A stretch of DNA of 52,663 bases from a virus (Duplodnaviria; Caudoviricetes). Numbering within the stretch: position 1 is the stretch's first letter; each line of letters begins with the position of its first letter. The notes beneath the pieces are model-generated. The model made no database searches. It saw only the letters and a list, made by a program, of their open reading frames with translations, and had not been told where the DNA came from. Made by a program: the position numbers and the translations under genes. The stretch is taken from positions 1 to 52,663 of the IMG/VR virus record IMGVR_UViG_3300033153_003470; one strand, written 5' to 3'. Below, one piece after another: positions 36,376 through 44,840 of this stretch.

Positions 36376-36544
36376 TTACAGGGCCAGCATCTTTTTTCGT
36401 GCGAATTTCTTCACGATCGACGGCTACATCTTTCGGCGCATCAACTCCAAGCCGAATATGCCCACCATCTATATTAAGAACCGTCACGGTGATGTCATCA
36501 CCGATCATAATTGATTCACCGATTCGTCTGGTAAGTATGAGCAT
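36362..36544 (-). CDS. csrA: Carbon storage regulator CsrA/RsmA homolog
   Basis: [43 protein letters not shown]; SD aaggag. Confidence 0.93.
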   Translation of the reverse strand: MLILTRRIGESIMIGDDITVTVLNIDGGHIRLGVDAPKDVAVDREEIRTKKDAGPVNGNV

Positions 36545-36545
36545 T

Positions 36546-37625
36546 TTATTCTCCTTGGGTTCCGTCAAAAATCATTTTAGAAATATCATCAAGCTTCTTT
36601 AGCGCTACAGATAACAGCGTCATCATAGCTTCGCTTTCCACTTCTGGTATATCGACCGACCGTAGACCTGCCACATATACTCGCATCTTTTCGTCTTCTG
36701 GTAGGCGCTTCAGTAGCTCAGCTTCCTGCTTTTCTTTGGCTTTAGATTCGGCAATCTCTTTGTTTTTCCGTTCTTCTTCCGCAGCCTCTGCTGCCGCTTC
36801 AGCATCTTTGCGATCTTTCTCGGCCTTTACTTGTTGCGCCGCTTCATCTTTCAAACGCTGGGCCTCAACCTCATTAGCAAGCCTAGTTTTTTCCAGCTCA
36901 GCGGCCTTCTCAGTAATTTCTTTTTGAGCTGCAGCAATAGCTTCCTGATTAACTTTAAGTTGTGCCTGTTGTTCTTCAAATGTTTCGCGCTCCGCAATTG
37001 CAGAATCGATCACCTTAACTGCATTATCCTTATGGTATTGAGCTGCTTCAACAAACTCGCCGTAAGAATCGTCGATAACAACGTCGCTGATAATCCTTAA
37101 ACGCTCTTTAAGCCGGCTAACAGGTAGGCCCAGCAAACCTTCAGCCGCTGATTTAAGCTGCTCAACCTTGGCCTCAATAACTTGAATGCGTAATATTTCT
37201 TTTTCGCGCTCAGCTTCTGCTTCTTTGGCTTCTTTTTCGTCAAGGGCAACCTTCAACTCTCTCCAAGGCCCCTCAATTTCTTCAACGATCGCTGTTAGTT
37301 CTTTTGCTTTTCCATCAACCAGCTTTCCCCATGCTAAAGCATCGGACTTAAGATCTTTACGTCTGGCTTCAATAGCGGTTCGCACCTTAGTAATGGCCAT
37401 CGTTTTTTCGTGAACAACCAAGTAACCTTCGTCGCCTTTCTTTTCCGTGTCCGGAATTAAAGCCGGATCATATTCTTTTCTGAGCTTCGCAATAGCAGCT
37501 TCAGTCATGTTGTATTGGACCGGCAAAAAGTTTGGATCTGATTGGTCCAGCTTTTGAACCTCGTCTTTCTTCGCGGTTTTTTTCTTAGCTGTTTTCTTCT
37601 TAGTAGTTTTCTTTTTTGTCGCCAT
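36546..37625 (-). CDS. Coiled-coil protein of the recombination module with a Lys-rich N-terminal tail
   Basis: [20 protein letters not shown] start, long E/K/A coiled coil; SD aaggagg. Confidence 0.65.
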   Translation of the reverse strand: MATKKKTTKKKTAKKKTAKKDEVQKLDQSDPNFLPVQYNMTEAAIAKLRKEYDPALIPDTEKKGDEGYLVVHEKTMAITKVRTAIEARRKDLKSDALAWGKLVDGKAKELTAIVEEIEGPWRELKVALDEKEAKEAEAEREKEILRIQVIEAKVEQLKSAAEGLLGLPVSRLKERLRIISDVVIDDSYGEFVEAAQYHKDNAVKVIDSAIAERETFEEQQAQLKVNQEAIAAAQKEITEKAAELEKTRLANEVEAQRLKDEAAQQVKAEKDRKDAEAAAEAAEEERKNKEIAESKAKEKQEAELLKRLPEDEKMRVYVAGLRSVDIPEVESEAMMTLLSVALKKLDDISKMIFDGTQGE

Positions 37626-37635
37626 GATGGCCTCC

Positions 37636-37941
37636 TTAATTTTGAATGAGTATTTCTGCAAGCTCGGCCATAACGTGACCAGTAGGATAAGTTTCGCCTG
37701 TGCGCTTAACTATCCCCGCTTTTTCTAATGCTTCCGGTATTCCTTTGTTTTCTGACCAGCCTTTGAGCCAAACAAAACCTTCCTCGGCAACCGGACCAGT
37801 AGGAGCTAAACAAACCGTTGCTACAGCCTCCTTACCTTTATCGCTATAAATAACTAATGCTGTGCTGCCGTCCATATAGCATTTTGAATGAACCTCGCCG
37901 CCCATTGTGTTTTTTGCCGGCCCCATTATTCCAATCTTCAT
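37636..37941 (-). CDS. Conserved hypothetical phage protein
   Basis: ATV.L...V.LK.WSEN.G....L..AGIV..TG; SD aaggagg. Confidence 0.65.
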   Translation of the reverse strand: MKIGIMGPAKNTMGGEVHSKCYMDGSTALVIYSDKGKEAVATVCLAPTGPVAEEGFVWLKGWSENKGIPEALEKAGIVKRTGETYPTGHVMAELAEILIQN

Positions 37942-37955
37942 TTGATCCTCCTTGG

Positions 37956-38573
37956 TTATAATCTAGCTAATTTAAGTAGGTTGTTTCGTTCTGCTATACA
38001 CGCCATTAATTGTTTCTTTAATGTTTCGTGATAGCTTGGTATCGGATAATGACGATGAATAATTGGCTCGAATTGTGGATGATAGAAAACAATATCTACC
38101 CACTTTCTACCGGTCACAAATAGTTCGCCTTGCAGCTGCGGTATGTAACTTGGTGGCGTAACATTATGCTTTTTGCAAGCTAAATATAACTTCCAAAATG
38201 TTTTGGCAATTAGGTTTTTAAATTCAACAATGCCATCTTCACCAACCAGGCCATCGGTGCTTGAGCCCCAACGCATAAGATCGTCAGTGATAAAACCCAC
38301 TGGCTGTATCTTTACTTGCCTTGTCATCTCATAGTCAGAGTTTGACAGTGGTTCGAGCTCGGTGCCTCGGTCAGTGTACTTGTTGCCTTTGAACCCATCG
38401 TCAACTGGCACACCCAAAAAAGTCTCTAAGGCGAGCGCTGCGGCGTACTCGGGCATGCTTTTTGATGGTTTGCCGGTGCCAGTGATTAAGCTTCCAAACA
38501 TACTGCTGGACGGCTTACCTCGTTTAATATTGAACCACGAATCAGATCCTTGTGGCATGTCATGGATTATCAC
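37956..38573 (-). CDS. YqaJ / lambda-exonuclease-family exonuclease
   Basis: QGS..W...R, RG.ELEP, GSSTDGLV...VEFK and Y.PQLQG; GTG start at 38573 after SD gggag. Confidence 0.88.
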   Translation of the reverse strand: MIIHDMPQGSDSWFNIKRGKPSSSMFGSLITGTGKPSKSMPEYAAALALETFLGVPVDDGFKGNKYTDRGTELEPLSNSDYEMTRQVKIQPVGFITDDLMRWGSSTDGLVGEDGIVEFKNLIAKTFWKLYLACKKHNVTPPSYIPQLQGELFVTGRKWVDIVFYHPQFEPIIHRHYPIPSYHETLKKQLMACIAERNNLLKLARL

Positions 38574-39045
38574 GGTTAAACTCCCCGAAAAGTTCTTTTC
38601 TTTTTTCCAGATAAACGCTTTCCGCTTCTTCTGGCGTTTCATATACCCCAAGATAATGCGTTTTTTCATCGCATATTAATCGAGCCTGATACTTGTCTCT
38701 CATAAATCTAACGCCACAAGGTAGCCCAGACTTATTTATAGTTTTCCCGTGGTTCATATTGTTTTGCTGGACCGTGCACTCTCTTAAATTATCCCACCAA
38801 TTATGCAGCCCAATGCCGTCTTTATGATCAACAACATCTGGCAGATAGCCTTTCACATACAAATAGGCAAGTCGGTGAGCGCGATACTTTACTCCGTCGA
38901 TTTTTATTAATAAATACCCCTCATTTTCGCACCCAGCAATAGTGCCGTTTTTTTCCGAGTGGTACTTACTTACATTGATCCATGTAAATATTCCGGAGCC
39001 TTTGTCATAACTCAAAACCTCTTTAAGTCTTTCATGGATAATCAT
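38560..39045 (-). CDS. HNH homing endonuclease with AP2 domain
   Basis: YRAHRLA.LY..G..P..VDHKDG...N...NLR and GV....YQA...LG.Y.T.EEA. Confidence 0.9.
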   Translation of the reverse strand: MIIHERLKEVLSYDKGSGIFTWINVSKYHSEKNGTIAGCENEGYLLIKIDGVKYRAHRLAYLYVKGYLPDVVDHKDGIGLHNWWDNLRECTVQQNNMNHGKTINKSGLPCGVRFMRDKYQARLICDEKTHYLGVYETPEEAESVYLEKRKELFGEFNRDNP

Positions 39046-39256
39046 ATTTACCTTTCTTCCTTTTGCGGCCCGTTTCCGTTGGCGTTCTTTCTAGCAGGTC
39101 CTGCTTTATAATGTAGCGAGCTATATCATCAACAGTAATTCCACCAGTAAAAACCCACTCACCATTCCTATGAACAAAGACTTTGTTGCTTCGTCCAATC
39201 TTGCAATACTGCCCATTAAAAAAACAATGGGCCCCTTTTGGCGCGTCGTTATCCAT
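39032..39256 (-). CDS. Hypothetical protein
   Basis: 74-aa ORF abutting the ERF stop; AP.GAH motif. Confidence 0.55.
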   Translation of the reverse strand: MDNDAPKGAHCFFNGQYCKIGRSNKVFVHRNGEWVFTGGITVDDIARYIIKQDLLERTPTETGRKRKKGKYDYP

Positions 39257-40081
39257 TTACTTATCGGCTTTTATTTTAATGCTTTCTTCAATCTTCTTAA
39301 TTACGCGATCAAAGAATGTGTTGGGGATATCCTCAACGTGCGCAACCTTCACAGCTTTATTAATCCAGCCTACGAAGATCTCTTTATCAAGCTCGTTCTC
39401 ATCAAGCATTGCGTAAATCTTGTTTGCTTGCGCTTCAGTGATAGGTGGGACCGGTGGTGGCGCCGTACTATTGCCATCGTCGTCCACATTTCCAGCGACA
39501 CTTGCGATACCTGTTACAGCTTCATAAGTTTCGAGCTTCAAATAAGTTCTTCCAGACTTGCGGCCTTGCATTTTATTTTTCTTGCCTTCGGTATCAATCG
39601 GGCCTTCTAATGTAACGCTAACCTCATGCCCTAATTCATGCGATAAAATACAGGTAACTTTGAGCATATCTGCAGAGCTTGGTTCTGGGTATTCCCATCG
39701 CGCATTTAAGCCAAACGGGCCCATCGCTTCATTGACAGTGCTAACCGTATTACCAATAGATGAATAGCTTGAATTGTATTGATTGTTGATTAAGTCTTTA
39801 ATTACTTTTGGTGGGTTCCGTTTAAATTCAGCCATCGCTTTATCAAATGCTTTCTTAGCAATACGCTTGTCGTCGCGGTCCTGCAGGTCCATCATTTCTT
39901 TGATTTCTTCCATTGAGAACCCAGCTTGCTTAGCTTGGATCATCATAGCCATTGGGCTTTGAGCTTCCGCCACCAGCGCAGGCGGTTTAACGTCTTGCTT
40001 CTGGATCATCTTTTCTGTTGAAACAACGTCTTCAGCTGCGCCAAAAGTTGTTGGGGTTTTAGCTTCGGTTTTATCGTTCAT
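39257..40081 (-). CDS. ERF-family single-strand annealing protein
   Basis: AF.KAMA.F....P...K, VTCILSH..GH, TY.K...Y....G.A....DDDG; SD aggag. Confidence 0.85.
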   Translation of the reverse strand: MNDKTEAKTPTTFGAAEDVVSTEKMIQKQDVKPPALVAEAQSPMAMMIQAKQAGFSMEEIKEMMDLQDRDDKRIAKKAFDKAMAEFKRNPPKVIKDLINNQYNSSYSSIGNTVSTVNEAMGPFGLNARWEYPEPSSADMLKVTCILSHELGHEVSVTLEGPIDTEGKKNKMQGRKSGRTYLKLETYEAVTGIASVAGNVDDDGNSTAPPPVPPITEAQANKIYAMLDENELDKEIFVGWINKAVKVAHVEDIPNTFFDRVIKKIEESIKIKADK

Positions 40082-40108
40082 TTTTCTCTCCTAATGAAAG
40101 CCGCTCAA

Positions 40109-40270
40109 TTAGAACGGCTGTTTAAATTTTGGCTCTTCTTCCTTAGCTGCTTCTATTTCGTCAGCGCAAGCTTCACAGCAATACGCCAGCGGATTAGTTG
40201 GATGCTCAACGCATGGGAAATAATCACCGTCAATCATCTGTTCGCATTCTTCGCACCTGTAGATAGCCAT
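40109..40270 (-). CDS. Small zinc-ribbon protein
   Basis: MAIYRCEEC...C..H...CCEAC; SD ggaggtg. Confidence 0.6.
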   Translation of the reverse strand: MAIYRCEECEQMIDGDYFPCVEHPTNPLAYCCEACADEIEAAKEEEPKFKQPF

Positions 40271-40386
40271 TACGCTTGCACCTCCGCGATTAACTGAACA
40301 ATTAATAAGACAATAGCCGCAGCAAGAAGGCCGACGACCACAGTAATAAAGCATTCAAGGATCGCGTCTATGAATTTATCCCACAT
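40270..40386 (-). CDS. 38-aa single-pass membrane peptide (not in the ORF track)
   Basis: SD aggag 6 nt before the ATG; MWDKFIDAILECFITVVVGLLAAAIVLLIVQLIAEVQA; stop is TAATG-coupled to the next gene. Confidence 0.65.
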   Translation of the reverse strand: MWDKFIDAILECFITVVVGLLAAAIVLLIVQLIAEVQA

Positions 40387-40396
40387 AACAATCTCC

Positions 40397-40738
40397 TTAC
40401 GCAGCAATACTGCCAAGCATTCTGGCTTCTTCTGCATACTCGCTTAATGGTTTATCTGCTTTGAATCCTCGGTCACGCTCAATGGGTAATCCGAAGGGTT
40501 TGAACCGGATGGCTTTCAGCTCATCGTATGAAGCATAACCCATCTCTGGCGAACCAAAACCAAGATCACATAACCCGTACATGATGCCGTTTCTATCCAT
40601 CTCGGAAATAAGCCAAGTAGCTGCGGAACCACCAAAGAGCTTCACGACCGGAAAAAGATCGAGTCCTTCTGGCGCTTCAGCTGAAGCCTTAGCGTTTGCG
40701 ATTAGTTTGGCCTCATCAGCCTTTAAAAGTAATTTCAT
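40397..40738 (-). CDS. DUF2958 family protein
   Basis: PVVKLF....ATWL.SE.D....YGLCDLG.G.PE.GY....EL.......PIERD. Confidence 0.85.
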   Translation of the reverse strand: MKLLLKADEAKLIANAKASAEAPEGLDLFPVVKLFGGSAATWLISEMDRNGIMYGLCDLGFGSPEMGYASYDELKAIRFKPFGLPIERDRGFKADKPLSEYAEEARMLGSIAA

Positions 40739-40744
40739 CTTGAA

Positions 40745-40804
40745 CACCTCCTGGTTAGTTGTCTCTCTATCTAAATTATATAACTATATGTTATTAAGAA
40801 GCAA
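40745..40804 (-). promoter_or_regulatory. Early promoter copy A with TAACCAGGAGGTG SD leader
   Basis: TTGCTT-N18-TATAAT with the spacer ending atagtta. Confidence 0.75.
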
Positions 40805-40810
40805 GAGTTA

Positions 40811-40951
40811 TTATCGCCGCTTTTTTTCCTTTGAGTCAGAACGAATAATTTGCGACCATGTTTTAAAGTTAATCTTAGATAATGTAGTAACCCCGTTTAG
40901 TTTTCGAGGCTCTTGAGGTATTTCTGTGGCGCTAACCTGTACCTTTATCAT
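40811..40951 (-). CDS. 46-aa hypothetical protein (not in the ORF track)
   Basis: SD aaggtg; MIKVQVSATEIPQEPRK...EKKRR; fills the gap in the operon. Confidence 0.45.
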   Translation of the reverse strand: MIKVQVSATEIPQEPRKLNGVTTLSKINFKTWSQIIRSDSKEKKRR

Positions 40952-40955
40952 GCTT

Positions 40956-41171
40956 TCACCTTTTTTTATTCAATTCTTGCTCATGCAGAAAGCGTGCTTT
41001 ATCAGCTTTCTGATCTTCAGTTAATGGCTTGTCTTCCTCGAACCACTCATAACCGCAAGCTAGGCAAACCTTGTCATATCCGTTCTTCGTTCTGGTGCCG
41101 CCAGTTCTTAAGTGTTTGCACGGCTCCGTTATCGCATCAATCATTTTTATAGCATCAAGTAATCTGTTCAT
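40956..41171 (-). CDS. Small Cys-containing hypothetical protein
   Basis: CKH...CLACG; TAATG-coupled to the upstream gene. Confidence 0.55.
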   Translation of the reverse strand: MNRLLDAIKMIDAITEPCKHLRTGGTRTKNGYDKVCLACGYEWFEEDKPLTEDQKADKARFLHEQELNKKR

Positions 41172-41758
41172 TAGTGACCATACCCCCAAGCAGTTTTATA
41201 TTTAGGCTCTCCGTCCCAAGGGTAAGCATTCGCAACACTATTCACCCTAACAATGTTTCCTTCCTGTACACGCTTTAAACTCGGTTCCTCGTCTTTATCG
41301 AAGCTACCTGGCACCGCCACAACATAATCAGCACTAGGACCGGACCCTTCAACCTCAACATAAGCGGAGCCAATTGGAGCAATCATCACTGATTTTTTAC
41401 CGACCAATTTAACCACTTCATAATAATCAATGTTAGTTTGGTCGTAACCCCAGCTAGAATACAGAATGCTTCCGACCTCTAAACTGTGCTTAAAATTTCT
41501 TTTTAATGCAGCACGCTCAGCTTTTTCCTTAAGTCGATCACCTAAGCGATCAAAATAATCATCAATATATTCTTTCCGTTTTTCTTCATCTCTAAACCGG
41601 AATTGAAAGTCTGGTTTAGAACGCTTACCACCAAAACCGTAAGCAACCGGACCACGCGAACCATCAACCAAGTAAACCTCGGCTTCGATTCCTTCTCTTG
41701 TGATTTTGTCGGTAAACTCGCGGGGAAGATAAAACTCTCTGGACATTCTTGCTCTCAT
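41171..41758 (-). CDS. Conserved early phage protein
   Basis: F.GKR.KPD...RF and VG.ILYSSWGYDQTNIDYYEV. Confidence 0.7.
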   Translation of the reverse strand: MRARMSREFYLPREFTDKITREGIEAEVYLVDGSRGPVAYGFGGKRSKPDFQFRFRDEEKRKEYIDDYFDRLGDRLKEKAERAALKRNFKHSLEVGSILYSSWGYDQTNIDYYEVVKLVGKKSVMIAPIGSAYVEVEGSGPSADYVVAVPGSFDKDEEPSLKRVQEGNIVRVNSVANAYPWDGEPKYKTAWGYGH

Positions 41759-41764
41759 TTTCAT

Positions 41765-41828
41765 CACCTCACTGGTTAAAAAACAATTCCTTCATTCACA
41801 ATATATAACTATTAGCTATATATTGCAA
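41765..41828 (-). promoter_or_regulatory. Early promoter copy B with TAACCAGTGAGGTG leader
   Basis: TTGCAA-N17(tatatagctaatagtta)-TATATT. Confidence 0.8.
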
Positions 41829-41838
41829 TTGTTATTTA

Positions 41839-42210
41839 CTAATCGAATAACGGAGTATTATCCCAATACGCCTTCCACTGTTTTTCAGTAGTCAACACAT
41901 CGCTGATCTTCCAGCCCTCAACATTACCACCAGCAGTGATTTTAAATTTCTCCCAAGCCTCTTCTTCAGAAGTTGCGAACTCTTGGTTGAACCCACCAAA
42001 ACAAGTGAATAAGTACAGAGCTTTTTTATTGCTGGCTTTAGTAAGCGCTGGCTTCAAGACATTAAAGAACTCTTCAATTGCCTCAATGCTTTCCGCGTTA
42101 ATATTTAAGTGCTTAGTAGCAATCTTGCTGCCTGTTATTTTTAGCTGCATTGAATCAGGCTCGTTATTCACTAGTAATTGCTGAAGCTGATCTTTGTAAT
42201 AGTCTTTCAT
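41839..42210 (-). CDS. Early hypothetical protein
   Basis: ATG 6 nt after gaggtg; TKHLNI..E motif. Confidence 0.6.
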   Translation of the reverse strand: MKDYYKDQLQQLLVNNEPDSMQLKITGSKIATKHLNINAESIEAIEEFFNVLKPALTKASNKKALYLFTCFGGFNQEFATSEEEAWEKFKITAGGNVEGWKISDVLTTEKQWKAYWDNTPLFD

Positions 42211-42216
42211 AGTAGA

Positions 42217-42279
42217 CACCTCGCTGGTTAAAAATACTTCCTACATATAGATGATATAACTATTAGCTACTCAATACAA
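42217..42279 (-). promoter_or_regulatory. Early promoter copy C with TAACCAGCGAGGTG leader
   Basis: TTGTAT-N17(tgagtagctaatagtta)-TATCAT-ctatatgtaggaag. Confidence 0.8.
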
Positions 42280-42280
42280 G

Positions 42281-42436
42281 CTACTTACCTTTTAGCCCTT
42301 TAGCTAAATTATCAACCGCTTCTTCAACATGAAACAACAAGCCTTCTATCTTTTGGATTTCCTCTTTGTCGTTTCTCTTGATTGCTTCGTCCCATATCAG
42401 CTTTAATTCACGCTCTATAATTTCAATATGTTCCAT
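42281..42436 (-). CDS. Small hypothetical protein
   Basis: MEHIEII..., preceded by SD aggggt. Confidence 0.5.
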   Translation of the reverse strand: MEHIEIIERELKLIWDEAIKRNDKEEIQKIEGLLFHVEEAVDNLAKGLKGK

Positions 42437-42447
42437 TTTAATTACCC

Positions 42448-42705
42448 CTATACTTCGTAGACGTTTAACACACCGGCATTTTCCCACTCAGGGTATAGGC
42501 CGTTTTTATTCAGCACATCAACAATCTTCATGCTGACACCAAATTCACCAAGGTCCGGCTCCCAGTAATCTGCCCAACCTTCACCTGACTCTCCTGATAT
42601 TTTAAAAGAACCACGCTCAACTGGAGAACCGCCGTCATATTCTTTAAAAACAGGCGCGCCTATTTTCTTTAGCTCGTTATAAGCTTTAATAAATACTCGT
42701 TTCAT
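42448..42705 (-). CDS. Early hypothetical protein
   Basis: A...L.K.G.PV...F.IS.E...WADY...L...GL..EW.N; SD gaggtg. Confidence 0.65.
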   Translation of the reverse strand: MKRVFIKAYNELKKIGAPVFKEYDGGSPVERGSFKISGESGEGWADYWEPDLGEFGVSMKIVDVLNKNGLYPEWENAGVLNVYEV

Positions 42706-42710
42706 TTGAT

Positions 42711-42773
42711 CACCTCACTGGTTAATTACACTTCCTACACACACATGATATAGCTATTAGTTATGCAAAGCAA
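42711..42773 (-). promoter_or_regulatory. Early promoter copy D with TAACCAGTGAGGTG leader
   Basis: TTGCTT-N17(tgcataactaatagcta)-TATCAT-gtgtgtgtaggaag. Confidence 0.8.
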
Positions 42774-43579
42774 GCGCTCTGTACTGAACCCAAAACTTCA
42801 TTAATTAAAATGTTTGCTGTTTTATAATTCCTGTACAAAGTGCGTGGTTCCGGAACATGGACGCCTTTGATTTTGTTCTTACCAACGGTTCCGTAAGTTT
42901 TCTCAATGTGGTTTGGGTAATCAAAAATACTCGGATCTTCAGCTAAGATCCTCTTCAACTTCTTCTCACACTTTTTGAAACACCAAGCACAGTTCCCTTG
43001 GTAATCTTCAATCTCTAAATCAAATTCCTGGCTCTTCCAGAAATCCCAAACGTCTTGCTGAGTTACATTGATGATGTCAGCCAATGGGTAGATCTTGTTC
43101 TGCCAGTGCGCGTTTCTCTTTAAGCGTTTCGGTTCGTCACCTCGGATACCGATAGCAGTTTGATAAGTACCTTTCTTCCAACCAACAACATTCTGAACAT
43201 AGTGGTGGATGGGATTCTCTTTCAATTCTCTAGTACAGTGCATGTAAGCTTTGTTAGGGATGCCGTACTTTTTAACTACCTCAGTGTAGGGTGAGTTTTC
43301 AAACTCAGTTCTACGTGTTGCTGTTTCGTGATTAACAACCTTATGAGTCGATGCGATACGAACGCCGTGATGAACTTCAGCCTCTACCCAGACAACGCCC
43401 AAGTCGAAAGCCTTATCAACCGCTTCAACAAAATCCAAAGTTTCATCGTTTTCTTGTCCAGTGTTAGCGAACACATAAACAATATTATATTCGTCGCTAT
43501 AGTATTTTTTCATGTGATAAGCCATCAGGCCGGAACTGCGACCGCCACTGAATGTGACTAATAGATTTGGCTTACTCAT
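42761..43579 (-). CDS. PAPS-reductase-family (PP-loop) protein
   Basis: FSGGRSS PP-loop, FANTG.E, CTRELK..P, GIR.DE..R, YPL and GNC.WCFKK. Confidence 0.85.
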   Translation of the reverse strand: MSKPNLLVTFSGGRSSGLMAYHMKKYYSDEYNIVYVFANTGQENDETLDFVEAVDKAFDLGVVWVEAEVHHGVRIASTHKVVNHETATRRTEFENSPYTEVVKKYGIPNKAYMHCTRELKENPIHHYVQNVVGWKKGTYQTAIGIRGDEPKRLKRNAHWQNKIYPLADIINVTQQDVWDFWKSQEFDLEIEDYQGNCAWCFKKCEKKLKRILAEDPSIFDYPNHIEKTYGTVGKNKIKGVHVPEPRTLYRNYKTANILINEVLGSVQSACFA

Positions 43580-43582
43580 TGG

Positions 43583-43645
43583 AACCTCCTGGTTAATGAC
43601 TGCTTCCTACATATAGATAGTATAACTATTGGTTCCCTTTTGCAA
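43583..43645 (-). promoter_or_regulatory. Early promoter copy E with TAACCAGGAGGT leader (start of the leftward arm)
   Basis: TTGCAA-N17(aagggaaccaatagtta)-TACTAT-ctatatgtaggaag. Confidence 0.78.
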
Positions 43646-43688
43646 ATTATTCATATACTATCCAGCTATATTTAATGGGAGATCCAAA

Positions 43689-43937
43689 ATGAGTGTTAGA
43701 GCAGGTTTAGATAAAGCGTTTAAAATTATGAGTAAATCAGCGCTGGCTGACGAACTGGGTATCAGTTACCAGTCAATGAACCGTTGGTATGACTACAATG
43801 AAATGCCGTGTACCGAGTACAATGGTAAAACAATGTACTCAAAACAGATTGAAAAGCTTACTGATGGCAAAGTGACAATTAAAGAACTGTGTGGGTTCGT
43901 GCCATTTCCGCAGACAGATAAGTGGAATAAAAAGTAG
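43689..43937 (+). CDS. Cro/YdaS-like HTH transcriptional regulator
   Basis: SALADELGISYQSMNRW and IEKLTDGKVT..EL; SD gggag; divergent from the early arm. Confidence 0.8.
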   Translation: MSVRAGLDKAFKIMSKSALADELGISYQSMNRWYDYNEMPCTEYNGKTMYSKQIEKLTDGKVTIKELCGFVPFPQTDKWNKK

Positions 43938-43939
43938 AC

Positions 43940-43981
43940 AAAAAAATACCCGCTTTGACATTTGGTGTCTCTGGCGGGTAT
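43940..43981. terminator. Hairpin downstream of the cro-like gene (U-tail on the minus strand)
   Basis: aaaaaa-atacccgc..gaca-tttgg-tgtc..gcgggtat. Confidence 0.55.
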
Positions 43982-44090
43982 CCTGCTTATTCGGTTTAGC
44001 GGCCAACAAGCAACGTGGGATTGATTATCTATCTTTCTGTCAAATAAGACAAGCCCACGATGTTGAGATTAACTTTTATGGGGTTTGTTA

Positions 44091-44840
44091 ATGCACTACT
44101 ACCAATTTAATGTTGCGGATTACCGCAAAGACACCGGCCACTTATCCACAGAAGAACATTATGCTTATCGCTGGCTGATGGACAATTACTACCTTACAGA
44201 GAAACCAATACCCAAAGAAACCCAACTGGTTATCCGTCGGTTAGGGTTGGGTTCGGATGGGTTAGAGTCGGTTACTAACGTGCTCAATGATTTCTTCGTT
44301 TTGCTTGATGATGGGTGGCATCATAAGCGTATTGACGCAGAAATTGAGCATTACCACTCAAATTCAAAGAAAAACAGAATAAACGGAAAAAAGGGTGGGC
44401 GCCCTAAAAAACAACAACTTAGCGACGATAAAAAACCCAAAAAAACCCAGTCGGTTACGGATGGCAACCCAAACAAAAGCGAAACTAACCCTAACCAAGA
44501 ACCAATAACCAATAACCATAAAGATCAAAACACTACGTCGGTGGCTACACCACCAACCTGTAAACATAATGAGATCATTCAGATTTATCGGGAAACATTA
44601 CCTGAGTTACCTAATGTTGTGCTGGGTAGATATAAGGGCTCAACAAAAGAAAAGGATCTCAGGGCAAGATGGAAGGAAGATAAAGTGCACCAAGATATAA
44701 ATTTCTGGAGAGATTTTTTTAAGGTGGTTAGAACGAACCCGCATTGGATGGGGGAAAACGATCGAAGCTGGACCGCAAGCTTTGGATGGCTAATAAAACG
44801 AAGTAATTTTGATAAAGTAATTGAATGGGGGCTGAAATGA
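44091..44840 (+). CDS. Replication initiator, YdaU/DUF1376 family
   Basis: MHYYQFNVADY..DT.HLS..EH.AY..L.D.YY..E.P; C-terminal W.A.F.WL....NF.KV.E; lies upstream of the helicase. Confidence 0.85.
   Translation: MHYYQFNVADYRKDTGHLSTEEHYAYRWLMDNYYLTEKPIPKETQLVIRRLGLGSDGLESVTNVLNDFFVLLDDGWHHKRIDAEIEHYHSNSKKNRINGKKGGRPKKQQLSDDKKPKKTQSVTDGNPNKSETNPNQEPITNNHKDQNTTSVATPPTCKHNEIIQIYRETLPELPNVVLGRYKGSTKEKDLRARWKEDKVHQDINFWRDFFKVVRTNPHWMGENDRSWTASFGWLIKRSNFDKVIEWGLK
44210..44520. repeat. Iteron-like AACCC/GGTT repeats inside the initiator gene (probable origin of replication)
   Basis: aacccaactggtta (~44219), aacccagtcggtta (~44444), gggttagagtcggtta and an aaccaat repeat run at ~44490-44520. Confidence 0.55.

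Noticed and set aside
40745-43645. CRISPR array or integron attC array
   Set aside because: The repeats are degenerate, separated by whole genes, and fully explained as -35/-10 promoters plus SD. No cas or intI gene is present.
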